NCBI GenBank assembly: GCA_040753155.1
Contig: JBFMEU010000006.1
Coordinates: 1 to 60,233, forward strand
Direction of reading: 5' to 3'
Length of the DNA stretch: 60,233 bases
Origin: Bacillota bacterium
Lineage (GTDB): Bacteria > Bacillota > Desulfotomaculia > Desulfotomaculales > JBFMEU01
Shown here: positions 49,534-60,233 of the stretch, piece by piece
Numbering within the stretch: the stretch's first letter is position 1
Layout: each line of letters opens with the position of its first letter
Program-made: the position numbers and the translations under genes
The notes under the pieces: model-generated
Seen by the model: the letters and a program-made list of their open reading frames with translations, nothing else
Told to the model about the DNA's origin: nothing
The model's database searches: none

Positions 49534-51834
49534 ATGCCGGGTTTTGATTTTAAACTAACCAAATTCTTCAACCGTTTAAGAAAACCTCTTATCTCTTACG
49601 AAAGACTGATGGAAGATTCACAAGCGCCTGGTTTGCTGAAAGAAGGGCATTGGGTGGCGATGTTGTACCTGGATGTTACCGGGTTTGAATTAGCAGAGCA
49701 AATAAACAGCAGTTTGAGCTATAAGCAGGTATCGCAGACGCTCACTCATCTGGCCAGGCTGCATGCGCCGGGCTGCCTGAAAAATTATCATATTTTTGAG
49801 CAAAGACGTTGGGGTGACGACCTGGTAATTTATTTTTACGCCCCCAACCAATCTCCGCCTTCGGCCATGGAACTGTCTGAACTGGCCGATTCAGTGCGGG
49901 TTGATCTTGGCGCCCGGTTAAACAAAAAGTATAGTCACCTGATACCCGCCCCTCTTGGATTTCATATCGGGTACGCCTTGCTGAACCCCCATGCGGGGAG
50001 TATCGAAAAAATTCTCTACACGGCCTTCAAAGAAGCAGTTATGGTGTCCAAGGGGCACTTAAACGCTTACGAACTTCAAAGGCAGCAAGAGTATAAGGAG
50101 TTATTGCAGAATAAAAACGTCAATATCGTTTACCAGCCCATAGTTGGTTTGGTAACAGGTGGAATTATGGGCTATGAAGCCTTGTCCCGGGGGCCGGCTG
50201 ATACTTTTTTTGCCAACCCGGAGAATCTTTTTAGTTATGCTGAAAAAACAAATCAACTCTTTGTCCTGGAAAAACTAGCCCGGGAAAAAGCCATGTTTCA
50301 TTTTGGCGAAAATATCCTGAAGCATAAACTGTTTATTAATATAAATCCCATGGTGGTTCATGACCGCTCTTTCATTGCTGATGATATTAAAGCCGCCCTG
50401 TCGGAGCTGGGCGCCTCTCCGGACCAGGTGGTATTTGAAATAACCGAGCGTACAAATATAGAAAACTTCAATGCTTTCCGAAAATCCCTGCAATATTACC
50501 GGCAGCATGGGTTTCTGGTGGCAATTGATGACGCCGGGTCCGGTTATTCCAGCTTACAGGCCATCTTGGAACTGCAGCCTGATTTTATAAAAATTGACTT
50601 ATCTCTAATCCGCGACATAGACAAGATCCGGAACAAACAGGTTTTGGTGGAAACCTTTGTGGCCTTTTCCGAAAAAACCGGCAGCCAAATCATTGCGGAA
50701 GGGATTGAAAACCAGAACGAATTGTCTTGTCTCCAGGAGCTGGGGGTTCCTTTGGGCCAGGGTTTTTTTTTGGCCCATCCCGGTTATCCGCCACCTGTTT
50801 TGTATGCTCCGGCCGCCAGGCAGTTAAAGGAATATACCGCGGGATCCAATCACCGGGAGCGCCTGGGCAGAATGGTCCCGGTAGGCTCCATCAGCCAGGA
50901 GGTGGCTACTTTTACATCCTGCGCTTTAACCAGGGAAATACTGGATTTTTTTACCCGGTATCACCAGGTGGAAGGAATTGCTATTTTAGAACACCAAAAA
51001 CCTGTTGGTTTGGTGATGCGGGACAAGCTGTTCAATCAATTGGGAAGTCAGTATGGTTTTGCCATCTATGCCGAAAGACCTATTTCTCTGGTGATGGATC
51101 GCAATCCCCTGCGGATTGAGGATGACACCCCGGTGGAGTCAGTGAGTCAGGCAGCCCTGGGGCGGCCGGATCATAAAGTGTACGATTCCATCATTATCAA
51201 TAAAAACGGTTTATATAAGGGTTTGGTTTCCCTGCGCAGCTTACTGGATGTGATTACCAGCATGCAGGTGGAAGGGGCACGTTTTGCCAACCCGCTGACC
51301 GGCTTGCCCGGCAACCGCCAGATCGAAGAGGAATTGCTCAACCGGCTGGCCTCAGGCCGGCCATTTAGTGTAATTTATCTCGACCTGGACCATTTCAAGG
51401 GTTTTAACGATTGCTATGGTTTTGAGCGGGGTGATCTGGTGCTCAAGCTTACTGCGGAAATATGTAAAGAAAGCTCTTACCGGGCGGGGGAAGCAAACGA
51501 CCTGGTGGGCCATATCGGGGGAGACGATTTTATTATTATCACCAGGCCGGCTGTATCCAGCAAGATATGTGAATTTGTCATTGCCGGTTTTGACCTTGAA
51601 GTGCCGGATTTTTACGACCCGGAAGACCGGCAAAGGGGGTATATCAACACCAGGGACCGTCAGGACAAGCCGGTGCAATTACCCCTGATGTCCATATCGT
51701 TGGCTTTGATCGATTGTGAGCCGGGACAATTCCGCGCCATTGAGGAGTTGTCCCGGGCGGCCGCTTCGCTCAAGAAATATGCCAAATCAAAGGAAGGCAG
51801 TGTTTATGTAAAGGACCGGCGCAAATGGGACTAA
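49534..51834 (+). CDS. EAL-CBS-GGDEF c-di-GMP phosphodiesterase-like protein
   Basis: YEALSRG, EITE, DDAGSGYS, AEGIE; CBS pair; NPLTGLPGN, GHIGGDDF; GGGAG RBS before ATG 49534. Confidence 0.9.
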   Translation: MPGFDFKLTKFFNRLRKPLISYERLMEDSQAPGLLKEGHWVAMLYLDVTGFELAEQINSSLSYKQVSQTLTHLARLHAPGCLKNYHIFEQRRWGDDLVIYFYAPNQSPPSAMELSELADSVRVDLGARLNKKYSHLIPAPLGFHIGYALLNPHAGSIEKILYTAFKEAVMVSKGHLNAYELQRQQEYKELLQNKNVNIVYQPIVGLVTGGIMGYEALSRGPADTFFANPENLFSYAEKTNQLFVLEKLAREKAMFHFGENILKHKLFININPMVVHDRSFIADDIKAALSELGASPDQVVFEITERTNIENFNAFRKSLQYYRQHGFLVAIDDAGSGYSSLQAILELQPDFIKIDLSLIRDIDKIRNKQVLVETFVAFSEKTGSQIIAEGIENQNELSCLQELGVPLGQGFFLAHPGYPPPVLYAPAARQLKEYTAGSNHRERLGRMVPVGSISQEVATFTSCALTREILDFFTRYHQVEGIAILEHQKPVGLVMRDKLFNQLGSQYGFAIYAERPISLVMDRNPLRIEDDTPVESVSQAALGRPDHKVYDSIIINKNGLYKGLVSLRSLLDVITSMQVEGARFANPLTGLPGNRQIEEELLNRLASGRPFSVIYLDLDHFKGFNDCYGFERGDLVLKLTAEICKESSYRAGEANDLVGHIGGDDFIIITRPAVSSKICEFVIAGFDLEVPDFYDPEDRQRGYINTRDRQDKPVQLPLMSISLALIDCEPGQFRAIEELSRAAASLKKYAKSKEGSVYVKDRRKWD

Positions 51835-52586
51835 TAGCCCCGCCCGGTGATGTAATTTTCGGTACGGCTGTCCCGCGGTCTGATAAACACCTCCGGTGTT
51901 GAGCCGTACTCGATGAGATTGCCCTGATCGATGTAGGCGGTAAAATCGGAGACCCGGGCAGCCTGTTGCATGTTATGAGTTACCAGTAATACAGTGTAGT
52001 TTTGCCTTAGTTCCCGTAACAGTTCCTCAATCTTAATCGTGGCTATGGGATCCAGGGAAGAACACGGTTCATCCATTAACAGCACCTCGGGATCAACAGC
52101 CAGTACCCGGGCAATGCAAAGTCTTTGCAGCTGTCCGCTGGAGAGGCCGGACGCGTCCTGGTGGAGGCGGTCCTTGACTTCGTTCCACAAGCCCACCTGC
52201 TGCAAACTCAATTCCACCCGCGCAGCCAGGTGGGTTTTATTACGGTGTCCGTTCAAAGATAGCCCCACGGCCACATTTTTGTAAATACTCATGGTTGGAA
52301 AAATATTGGGGGCTTGAAAAACCATGCCCACCTTACGTCTGGTTTCAACGGGATTGCTGCCGTTATAAATGTCCTTATGATCCAGCATTACCCGGCCCGC
52401 TACCCGGGCGCCGGGTGTCAGTTCGTGCATCCGGTTGAGGCACCTGATCAGGGTTGATTTGCCGCAGCCGGAGGGGCCGATGATGGCGGTAACTTCATTG
52501 GCCTGCACGGGTAAGGTGATGCCGTTCAAGATAATTTTGTTGTAGTACCAGGCCTGCAGGTTCTCCACGGTTATTTTACAGGGCAT
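51831..52586 (-). CDS. pstB: Phosphate ABC transporter ATPase
   Basis: GPSGCGKST, LNRM, MDEPCSSLDP, VTHNMQQAARVSD, YITGR. Confidence 0.93.
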   Translation of the reverse strand: MPCKITVENLQAWYYNKIILNGITLPVQANEVTAIIGPSGCGKSTLIRCLNRMHELTPGARVAGRVMLDHKDIYNGSNPVETRRKVGMVFQAPNIFPTMSIYKNVAVGLSLNGHRNKTHLAARVELSLQQVGLWNEVKDRLHQDASGLSSGQLQRLCIARVLAVDPEVLLMDEPCSSLDPIATIKIEELLRELRQNYTVLLVTHNMQQAARVSDFTAYIDQGNLIEYGSTPEVFIRPRDSRTENYITGRGY

Positions 52587-52589
52587 GTT

Positions 52590-53456
52590 TTACCTCCGGA
52601 TTTTATAGCCGGGCATCAGAATTCTGGCTGCCAGCATGGGTATAATGACCAGGCCGATGAGCGCAATGGAACCGGTCCAGGCCAGTTTGTGCCCCGCGGC
52701 GAAAGGGGCGGTGGCATAGCGAAAGATTTCCATGGGCAGGGAAGCCATGGGCTGAGTTATATTCAAGGACCAGTAGTGATTATTCAAAGCCGTAAAAAAC
52801 AACGGCACCGGGTCCCCGGCAATACCGGCCAGAGCCAGGGTGACGCCTATGCCGATGCCCCTTGCGGCAGTGGGCAGGACAATATGCAGAATAACCCGCC
52901 ATTCGGGAATACCCAGGGCCAGGGCGGCCTCGCGCATACTGCGGGGTATCAGTCGCAGAATTTCCTCGGTATTCCTGGCTACCACGGGCATGATCACGAT
53001 ACTCAGGGCCAAGCCCCCGGCCAGGGCTGAAAAACTTTGCATTTCCACCACCACCAGGGTGTAAATAAAAATACCGGCCGTAATGGAGGGCATACCGGTT
53101 AAAACGTCAGCGGTAAATCTAACTGCGTCTCCCAGCCGGCTTCCTTCATACTCGGCAAGAAAAACCCCCACCGCCACCCCCCACGGTACTCCCAGTATGC
53201 AGGCCAGGCCCACCATCACCAGACTGCCCGCCACGGCATGGGCTGCGCCGCCGCCGCTGAGGCCTACAGGAACAGGCATTTTTGTAAAAAAGTCCATGCT
53301 TAAGCCTGATATCCCCTGCAGGGCAATGTATCCCAAAACACAAAAAAGAATGGCCAGCAGGGCAAATGTAGACAGGGCGCACAGCCCAACCATTAACCAA
53401 TCCCATATTTTACGCAGATCTATTTGATAGAAACGTTCCATTTGTTTTTCTTCCAT
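52590..53456 (-). CDS. pstA: Phosphate ABC transporter permease
   Basis: FLAEY, PSITAG, REAALALG; operon position. Confidence 0.9.
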   Translation of the reverse strand: MEEKQMERFYQIDLRKIWDWLMVGLCALSTFALLAILFCVLGYIALQGISGLSMDFFTKMPVPVGLSGGGAAHAVAGSLVMVGLACILGVPWGVAVGVFLAEYEGSRLGDAVRFTADVLTGMPSITAGIFIYTLVVVEMQSFSALAGGLALSIVIMPVVARNTEEILRLIPRSMREAALALGIPEWRVILHIVLPTAARGIGIGVTLALAGIAGDPVPLFFTALNNHYWSLNITQPMASLPMEIFRYATAPFAAGHKLAWTGSIALIGLVIIPMLAARILMPGYKIRR

Positions 53457-54349
53457 CCCATCTGATAAATCATCAGTCTGGCCAGTATGTTGATTACCAG
53501 GGTAACCAGAAACAGCAGCAGGGCAATGTGGATTAACGCCGCCCTGTGCAATGGCTCCACCGCTTCAGAGAATTCGTTGATGAGTACGCTGGTCATGGTA
53601 TGGGACTGGGCAAAAAGTGACCAGGAGATGTCCGGCCGGTTACCGATAACCATGGTCACCGCCAGGGTTTCGCCGATAGCCTTGCCCAGACCCAGGGTGA
53701 AGGCGCCGATGATCCCCCGCCCGGCGTAGGGCAGCACGGCCACCCGTACCACTTCCCAGCGGGTGGCCCCCATGGCCAGCATTGCTTCCCGCTGGGAAAC
53801 GGGCACAATCTCCAGCACTTCCCGGCTCACTGCGGTAATGACCGGCGAAATCATAATGGCCAGGATGATGCCGGCGGCCAGCATGCCCACACCGTACGAC
53901 GGGCCCTGAAAAAACGGCAAGAACCCCAAGTGGCGCCCCAAGAAAGGCTCCACCGTATATTGCAGTAAGGGGACCAGGACGAACACTCCCCAGAGGCCGT
54001 AAATGATACTGGGTACCGCGGCCAGGATGTCCACCATAAAACTGAGGGTGCTTTTGATTCGCCGGGGGGCAAATTCAGCCAAAAAGACAGCCGCGCCCAG
54101 GCTTATCGGCCCCGCCAGCAGCAGCGCCAGGAAGGTGGAAACCAGGGTGCCGAATACATAGGGCAGGGCGCCAAAATTTCCTTTCACCGGATTCCAGTCC
54201 CGGGAGAAAAGAAAAGAGAGGCCGAACCTTTGAAGCGAAGGTGAAGCTTCCTGCCAGATCACCAGGGCCATTAAAATAACCAGCATAATCAAGGCTGCAG
54301 AGCATCCCCTGATGAACCAGACAAAGGTTTTATCCGGTAGGCTGTTGAT
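53420..54349 (-). CDS. pstC: Phosphate ABC transporter permease (start uncertain; ATC at 54349 or TTG at 54292)
   Basis: WNP..FGALP..GTL, LAAVPSIIYGLWG, A.GAT.WE, GETLAV.MVIGN. Confidence 0.88.
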   Translation of the reverse strand: MNSLPDKTFVWFIRGCSAALIMLVILMALVIWQEASPSLQRFGLSFLFSRDWNPVKGNFGALPYVFGTLVSTFLALLLAGPISLGAAVFLAEFAPRRIKSTLSFMVDILAAVPSIIYGLWGVFVLVPLLQYTVEPFLGRHLGFLPFFQGPSYGVGMLAAGIILAIMISPVITAVSREVLEIVPVSQREAMLAMGATRWEVVRVAVLPYAGRGIIGAFTLGLGKAIGETLAVTMVIGNRPDISWSLFAQSHTMTSVLINEFSEAVEPLHRAALIHIALLLFLVTLVINILARLMIYQMGWKKNKWNVSIK

Positions 54350-54365
54350 AAAACAGTCCCCCTTT

Positions 54366-54421
54366 CCCTTTGAAACCCGCCGCCTACAGAGGCGGGGGTC
54401 TTAGGGCGGATTAGTTCAGTG
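54366..54421 (-). mobile_element. Partial family A element (left hairpin), copy A7
   Basis: ccctttgaaacccgccgcc...ttagttcagtg; flank is TTAC on the minus strand. Confidence 0.75.
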
Positions 54422-55577
54422 GTAAATTGCTGGAAGCATATTCTCGGGGCATTCTGACTCCTGACTCCGGAATTCTGAATACCTGAGTAGTTATTAGTTT
54501 TTTACCGCTGCTGTTCATACTTTGCAGTTTTTTCTCAACTTTCTTGACTACTTCCGGGGGGAGGGGAGCATACCTGAGGGTGGCGGCCATTTCCTCCCCG
54601 TCATGGATGGCCCACCACAGGAACCTGGCCAGGGCCTGTCCTTTAACCGGGTCGCTTTGTTCCCGGTAAACCAGGATATAGGTGTAACCGGCTATGGGAT
54701 AAGCCTTTTCCCCCAGAGGATTAACAATGCTTACCCGTAAATCCGGCGGCATAAATGGAGCCGCGCCGGCCGCCGCAGCCGTGGTGCTTTCAATGGTGGG
54801 TTCGATAAAATTACCGGCGCTATTCCTGACCATGCCGTAAGACAATTTATTCAGCAAGGCATAGGACAACTCCACATATCCGATACTGCCGGAAGTGGCT
54901 TGAACCTGCCGGGTAAGTCCCTCGCTGCCCTTGGCCCCCATCCCGGCAGGCCACTGTACGGCGGTGCCCTTACCCACCTGCCGTTTCCACTCCGGGCTAA
55001 CCGTGCTCAAGTAGTCGGTAAAAATATTGGTGGTCCCGCTGCCGTCGCTGCGCCGCACAACCACAATATCCCGTTCCGGGAGATTGAGCCCGGGGTTAAC
55101 GGTAACCAGCTCCGGACTGTTCCACTTTTTGATCTTGCCCAAGTAAATATCTGCCAGGATTTCCGGGGTGAACCGGATTTTTGGGGTAACCTCCGGCAAA
55201 TTATAAATAATTGCCACGGCTCCAATTACTGTGGGAATATGTAAAATTTCACCAGGCGCCTCCCTTAGTTGCTCATCCGACATGGGCGCGTCCGTGCCTC
55301 CAAAATCAATTACTTGTTTGGTTATTTGCTCAATACCGGCGCCGCTGCCCATGGACTGGTAGTTAATTTTGACATTATCATGAAGCTTGCTATACTCGTA
55401 AATCCAGTGTGAATAAAGTGGGTAAGGAAACGATGCGCCGGCGCCGGTAAGCAAAACTTTCTTTTCCAAGTCCCGGTCCCCCCTGGCAGGATCCTCCCTG
55501 TTAAGGCCGCAGCCCGCTGTGCTCAGGGCCACCGCCACAACCAGCAACACTACCCCCAAAGCGCTCCTTTTTACCAT
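54411..55577 (-). CDS. pstS: Phosphate ABC transporter substrate-binding lipoprotein
   Basis: Lipobox STAGC, GAGASFPYPLY, GSGAG, RSDGSGTT; last ~26 aa come from inserted repeats. Confidence 0.93.
   Translation of the reverse strand: MVKRSALGVVLLVVAVALSTAGCGLNREDPARGDRDLEKKVLLTGAGASFPYPLYSHWIYEYSKLHDNVKINYQSMGSGAGIEQITKQVIDFGGTDAPMSDEQLREAPGEILHIPTVIGAVAIIYNLPEVTPKIRFTPEILADIYLGKIKKWNSPELVTVNPGLNLPERDIVVVRRSDGSGTTNIFTDYLSTVSPEWKRQVGKGTAVQWPAGMGAKGSEGLTRQVQATSGSIGYVELSYALLNKLSYGMVRNSAGNFIEPTIESTTAAAAGAAPFMPPDLRVSIVNPLGEKAYPIAGYTYILVYREQSDPVKGQALARFLWWAIHDGEEMAATLRYAPLPPEVVKKVEKKLQSMNSSGKKLITTQVFRIPESGVRMPREYASSNLPLN
54421..54494 (+). mobile_element. Right half of a family D element (four-helix-bundle C-terminus, inverted heptamers, end)
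   Basis: GKLLEAYSRGILTPDS..., ends CTGAGTAGTTAT. Confidence 0.75.
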
Positions 55578-55786
55578 TTTTCAGCCCTCCTGTTTTAATA
55601 ACATGACCAGAGGCGCCGGGACTGATTTTCTGTTGTTCACGAAGCCGGATTCCTTTTCCCTGACGTTATCTGATACCTTCAAGTATTTTCATTGTATTGT
55701 AGAATTTTATCTTTAAGAGAAAGCTATTTTTATTTAATTTTTTGGTTAAAAACAAAGGTAATTTCCCAACCATGGTCTAATTTTTT

Positions 55787-55993
<207 letters not shown>

Positions 55994-56021
55994 TAAACGC
56001 CGGGTTATGGTAAAATGCATC

Positions 56022-56151
56022 GTAAGTATTCAGTAAACCGGGTGGAGGCACGGCGTTATCACTGAACTCGGCTAACATTCCGAGGGGGTTGAATCCCCCT
56101 CGGAATGAAGTCTCGTTCAACGTTGGCGAACGACGCAGCAGAGCAGGTAAC
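56022..56151 (+). mobile_element. Family C arm interrupted by short family A copy A8 (56060-56120)
   Basis: ...cggcgTTAT|cactg...gttcaa|cgttggcgaacgac versus empty cggcgttatcgttagcga in other C copies. Confidence 0.85.
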
Positions 56152-56209
56152 AAGTCCTGCCGAAGTTGAGGCAGCCGGCCCGGCGCGAAGAATAGTGCGG
56201 ATGGGGGAT

Positions 56210-57007
56210 CTAACCGCCGGTGGTTACCCGGCCGGGGTGGGTGTAAATGTTCATCCGGTCGCCCCGGACAAAGCCCGCCACGGTGATCCCCAGTTCTGAC
56301 GCCATTTCCAGGGCCAAATCCGTGGGGGCGGAGCGGGAAACCAGCAGGGGGATGCCCATCCGGGCCACTTTGACCAGGATTTCCGAGGACACCCGGCCGC
56401 TGAAGACCAGGAGTTTATCAGCCAAAGCAATACCTTTGAGATAGCAGTGGCCGAAGATCTTATCAACGGCGTTGTGGCGTCCGATGTCTTCGAAGAAAAC
56501 AACTATTTCACCGGGGGCGCACAGGGCAGCCCCGTGGGCCCCGCCGGTGGCCCGGAACAATTGGGCCCGTTCCTCCAGATCATTGGCCAGGCGGCCGATT
56601 TGTTCCGCGGTGGCGGTGAGTGAAGACTCCACCGGGGCGGCGCCCCGGGCGTCGTTGATAAAATAAAAGGAGGCCCGGCCCCGGCCGCAGCAGGTGGTTA
56701 TATACCGTTTCAGGAACAGCCGGTCCGACTCAATGGGCCGGGCGGTTTCCACCCAGACCAGACCATCGGTCTGATTTACGGTGATGGACTTCAGATCCCC
56801 CGGCTGCTCCAAAATGCCCTCCGAGCAGAGGAAACCGGCGGCCAGCTCCGCCAGGTGATCCGGCGAGCAGACCATGGTCACAAACTCCTTGTCGTTAAGG
56901 TAAAGGGTCACCGGGATTTCCCGGACCACAATGTCGGAAGTTTCCCCGGCGCGTCCGCCTTCAAGCCGGACCAGGGGCACAGTTACAATTCTTTCGGGCT
57001 GGGACAT
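56210..57007 (-). CDS. fdhD: Formate dehydrogenase accessory sulfurtransferase
   Basis: GFLCSEG, TTCCG, TGGAH, EDIGRHNAVDK, SGRVSSE, SAPT. Confidence 0.95.
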   Translation of the reverse strand: MSQPERIVTVPLVRLEGGRAGETSDIVVREIPVTLYLNDKEFVTMVCSPDHLAELAAGFLCSEGILEQPGDLKSITVNQTDGLVWVETARPIESDRLFLKRYITTCCGRGRASFYFINDARGAAPVESSLTATAEQIGRLANDLEERAQLFRATGGAHGAALCAPGEIVVFFEDIGRHNAVDKIFGHCYLKGIALADKLLVFSGRVSSEILVKVARMGIPLLVSRSAPTDLALEMASELGITVAGFVRGDRMNIYTHPGRVTTGG

Positions 57008-57104
57008 AAAAATAGCCCACCTTTCGCCAAACTTACCTTATGCTACATTTTACAGCGGAACAGCCGGACAGCGCAATGAAAAGGCCGGACAGGAGGAGTC
57101 TAAG

Positions 57105-57596
57105 ATGTATAAAATAGGGATTATCACTCTCAGCGACAAGGGCGCCAAGGGGGAGCGGGAAGACCTGAGCGCCGGGGTGATCAAGGAAATGATTGCCGGT
57201 TTGGGCCGGGTGGTGGCCTACACCATCATCCCTGATGACCGGGAACTAATCAAGGAAACCCTGATTCAGTTCGCTGACGTGGAGAAAATGGACTTGGTGC
57301 TGACCACCGGCGGCACCGGCTTGGGCCCCCGGGACAATACCCCCGAGGCCACCCTGGCGGTAATCCACCGCCGGGTGCCGGGGCTGGTGGAAGCCATGCG
57401 GATGGAGAGCCTGAAAAAAACCTCCCGGGCCATGCTAAGCCGGGCCGAGGCCGGCGTCAGGCGCCAGACACTGATTATTAACCTGCCGGGCAGCCCCAGG
57501 GGGGTCAGGGAATGTTTGGAGGTTATCCTGCCGGCACTGCCCCACGGCCTGGAGGTGCTGACGGGCAGAACCGGCGAGTGCGCCCGGCCCAACTAA
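57105..57596 (+). CDS. mog: Molybdopterin adenylyltransferase (MogA/MoaB)
   Basis: ITLSD, REDLS, TTGGTG..PRD.TPEA, AMLSR, INLPGSP; AGGAGG RBS before ATG 57105. Confidence 0.92.
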   Translation: MYKIGIITLSDKGAKGEREDLSAGVIKEMIAGLGRVVAYTIIPDDRELIKETLIQFADVEKMDLVLTTGGTGLGPRDNTPEATLAVIHRRVPGLVEAMRMESLKKTSRAMLSRAEAGVRRQTLIINLPGSPRGVRECLEVILPALPHGLEVLTGRTGECARPN

Positions 57597-57603
57597 GGTG
57601 AAA

Positions 57604-57669
57604 GTGAGTCAAGGGGGACGGTTCCTGGTGACTCTTAAGAGTCACCAGGAACCGTCCCCCTTGACTCAC
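57604..57669. repeat. Perfect 66-bp loopless palindrome matching the RAYT left flank
   Basis: gtgagtcaagggggacggttcctggtgactctt|aagagtcaccaggaaccgtcccccttgactcac. Confidence 0.9.
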
Positions 57670-57899
57670 AGGCCTTAAGTCAGTAAGGCTAATTTATTTT
57701 TACATGTATAATGAAATCCGGGAAGTGGCAAAATATTGTTAGAATAATGGCTAAATATGGATTGCTGTACAAGAAGAATATAGGAGGAGAAATTCAAAGG
57801 CAACGGGCCATAATTTGCCTGGATCAGCTGTAGGGGGAATATTTGTCAGTTTGGGCAATTTGCTTTTGACCTTCCCTTTCTATATTATATTAATGGATA

Positions 57900-57926
57900 T
57901 TAGCACTCAATTTAAATGAGTGCTAA
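57900..57926 (+). promoter_or_regulatory. CIRCE element
   Basis: TTAGCACTC-aatttaaat-GAGTGCTAA upstream of groES. Confidence 0.95.
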
Positions 57927-58003
57927 CAAAAAAGGGGGCTCCAATCCAGTTAAAAGTAATTTACTTAAAACACATGATCACATTATCAAGGAGGGGTTTT
58001 TAA

Positions 58004-58291
58004 GTGATTAGACCATTAGGCGAGAGGGTAGTAGTAAAGCCTCTGCCCACTGAAGAAAAGACCAAGAGCGGCATTGTGCTGCCGGATACGGCCAAGGAAA
58101 AGCCCCAGGAAGGGGAAGTTATCGCGGTAGGAAACGGGCGTCTGCTGGACAGCGGCCAGCGGGTACCCATCGATCTTAAGGTGGGGGACAAGGTGCTGTA
58201 CTCCAAATACGCAGGCAATGAAGTAAAAATCGACGATGTTGAGTATCTCATTTTGCGTGAAATGGATATCCTCGGCGTCATTGAAAAATAA
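58004..58291 (+). CDS. groES: Co-chaperonin GroES
   Basis: [31 protein letters not shown]. Confidence 0.98.
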   Translation: MIRPLGERVVVKPLPTEEKTKSGIVLPDTAKEKPQEGEVIAVGNGRLLDSGQRVPIDLKVGDKVLYSKYAGNEVKIDDVEYLILREMDILGVIEK

Positions 58292-59959
<1,668 letters not shown>

Positions 59960-59978
59960 GTAAAAATAAATGAACCAG

Positions 59979-60006
59979 GCGGGTCCCTTAAACTGGGACC
60001 CGTTTT
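59979..60006 (+). terminator. groEL terminator
   Basis: gcgggtccc-ttaaact-gggacccgt followed by ttt. Confidence 0.8.
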
Positions 60007-60012
60007 GTGCTC

Positions 60013-60141
60013 TTGAACGAGACTTCATTCAGAGGGGGATTCAACCCCCTCTGAATGTTAGCCGAGTCCATACTGGACTTAACCGCCCTTTGAAACCCGC
60101 CGCCTGCAGAGGCGGGGGTCTTAGGGCGGATTAGTTCAGTG
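60013..60141 (-). mobile_element. Family A element, copy A9 (129 bp)
   Basis: TTGAACGAG...TTCAGTG; flank is TAAT on the minus strand. Confidence 0.85.
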
Positions 60142-60233
60142 ATTAAGGAAATTATATGTAAATCAAATTGCAGGATATTGGGGGGAATTGGGATGCCCAT
60201 GTACGAAGACCTGACCCAACTGGTGGGGGGGAC

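Noticed and set aside
55690-55770. Pho box upstream of pstS
   Set aside because: Candidate hexamers are spaced 12-13 bp and degenerate; expected biologically but not supported by eye.
60193-60233. Start of a CDS at the window edge
   Set aside because: Too short to identify.

Overview
60 kb of a GC-rich anaerobic, spore-forming Firmicute chromosome; the gene content suggests a Desulfotomaculum/Pelotomaculum-like organism (inference). The coding content is mostly housekeeping and energy metabolism: a PAS histidine kinase, c-di-GMP enzymes, htpG and groES/EL (each with a CIRCE box), asnB, a CoA-disulfide reductase-rhodanese, an mvhD(Sec)-fdhB-like-hdrC-hdrA-hdrA-hdrB cluster, two selenocysteine formate dehydrogenases with NuoE/F-like partners, a Moco-riboswitch-led moeA operon, pstSCAB, fdhD, mog, cobB, tsaD and paaK. 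The unusual part is intergenic, where several families of small mobile repeats are dense. (A/B) 61-185 bp IS200/IS605-type non-autonomous elements sit mostly after TTAT, end in TTCAA and show no target duplication. (C/D) MITE-like elements have GTAA(C/G)TA(C/T)TCAG termini, and two copies have 8-bp target duplications. The D type carries (TCAGGAG)n heptamer arrays around differently deleted pieces of one four-helix-bundle (TIGR02436/Avd-like) gene. (E) GGGGAC-tagged palindromes, one of which matches the flank of a low-GC RAYT-like Y1 transposase gene. Also seen: a DnaA-box cluster downstream of tsaD, an orphan IS605-like right end, a Pho-box-like array before an EAL-CBS-GGDEF gene, and small ORFs missed by the ORF track. 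All family calls come from motif recognition by eye; no searches were run.
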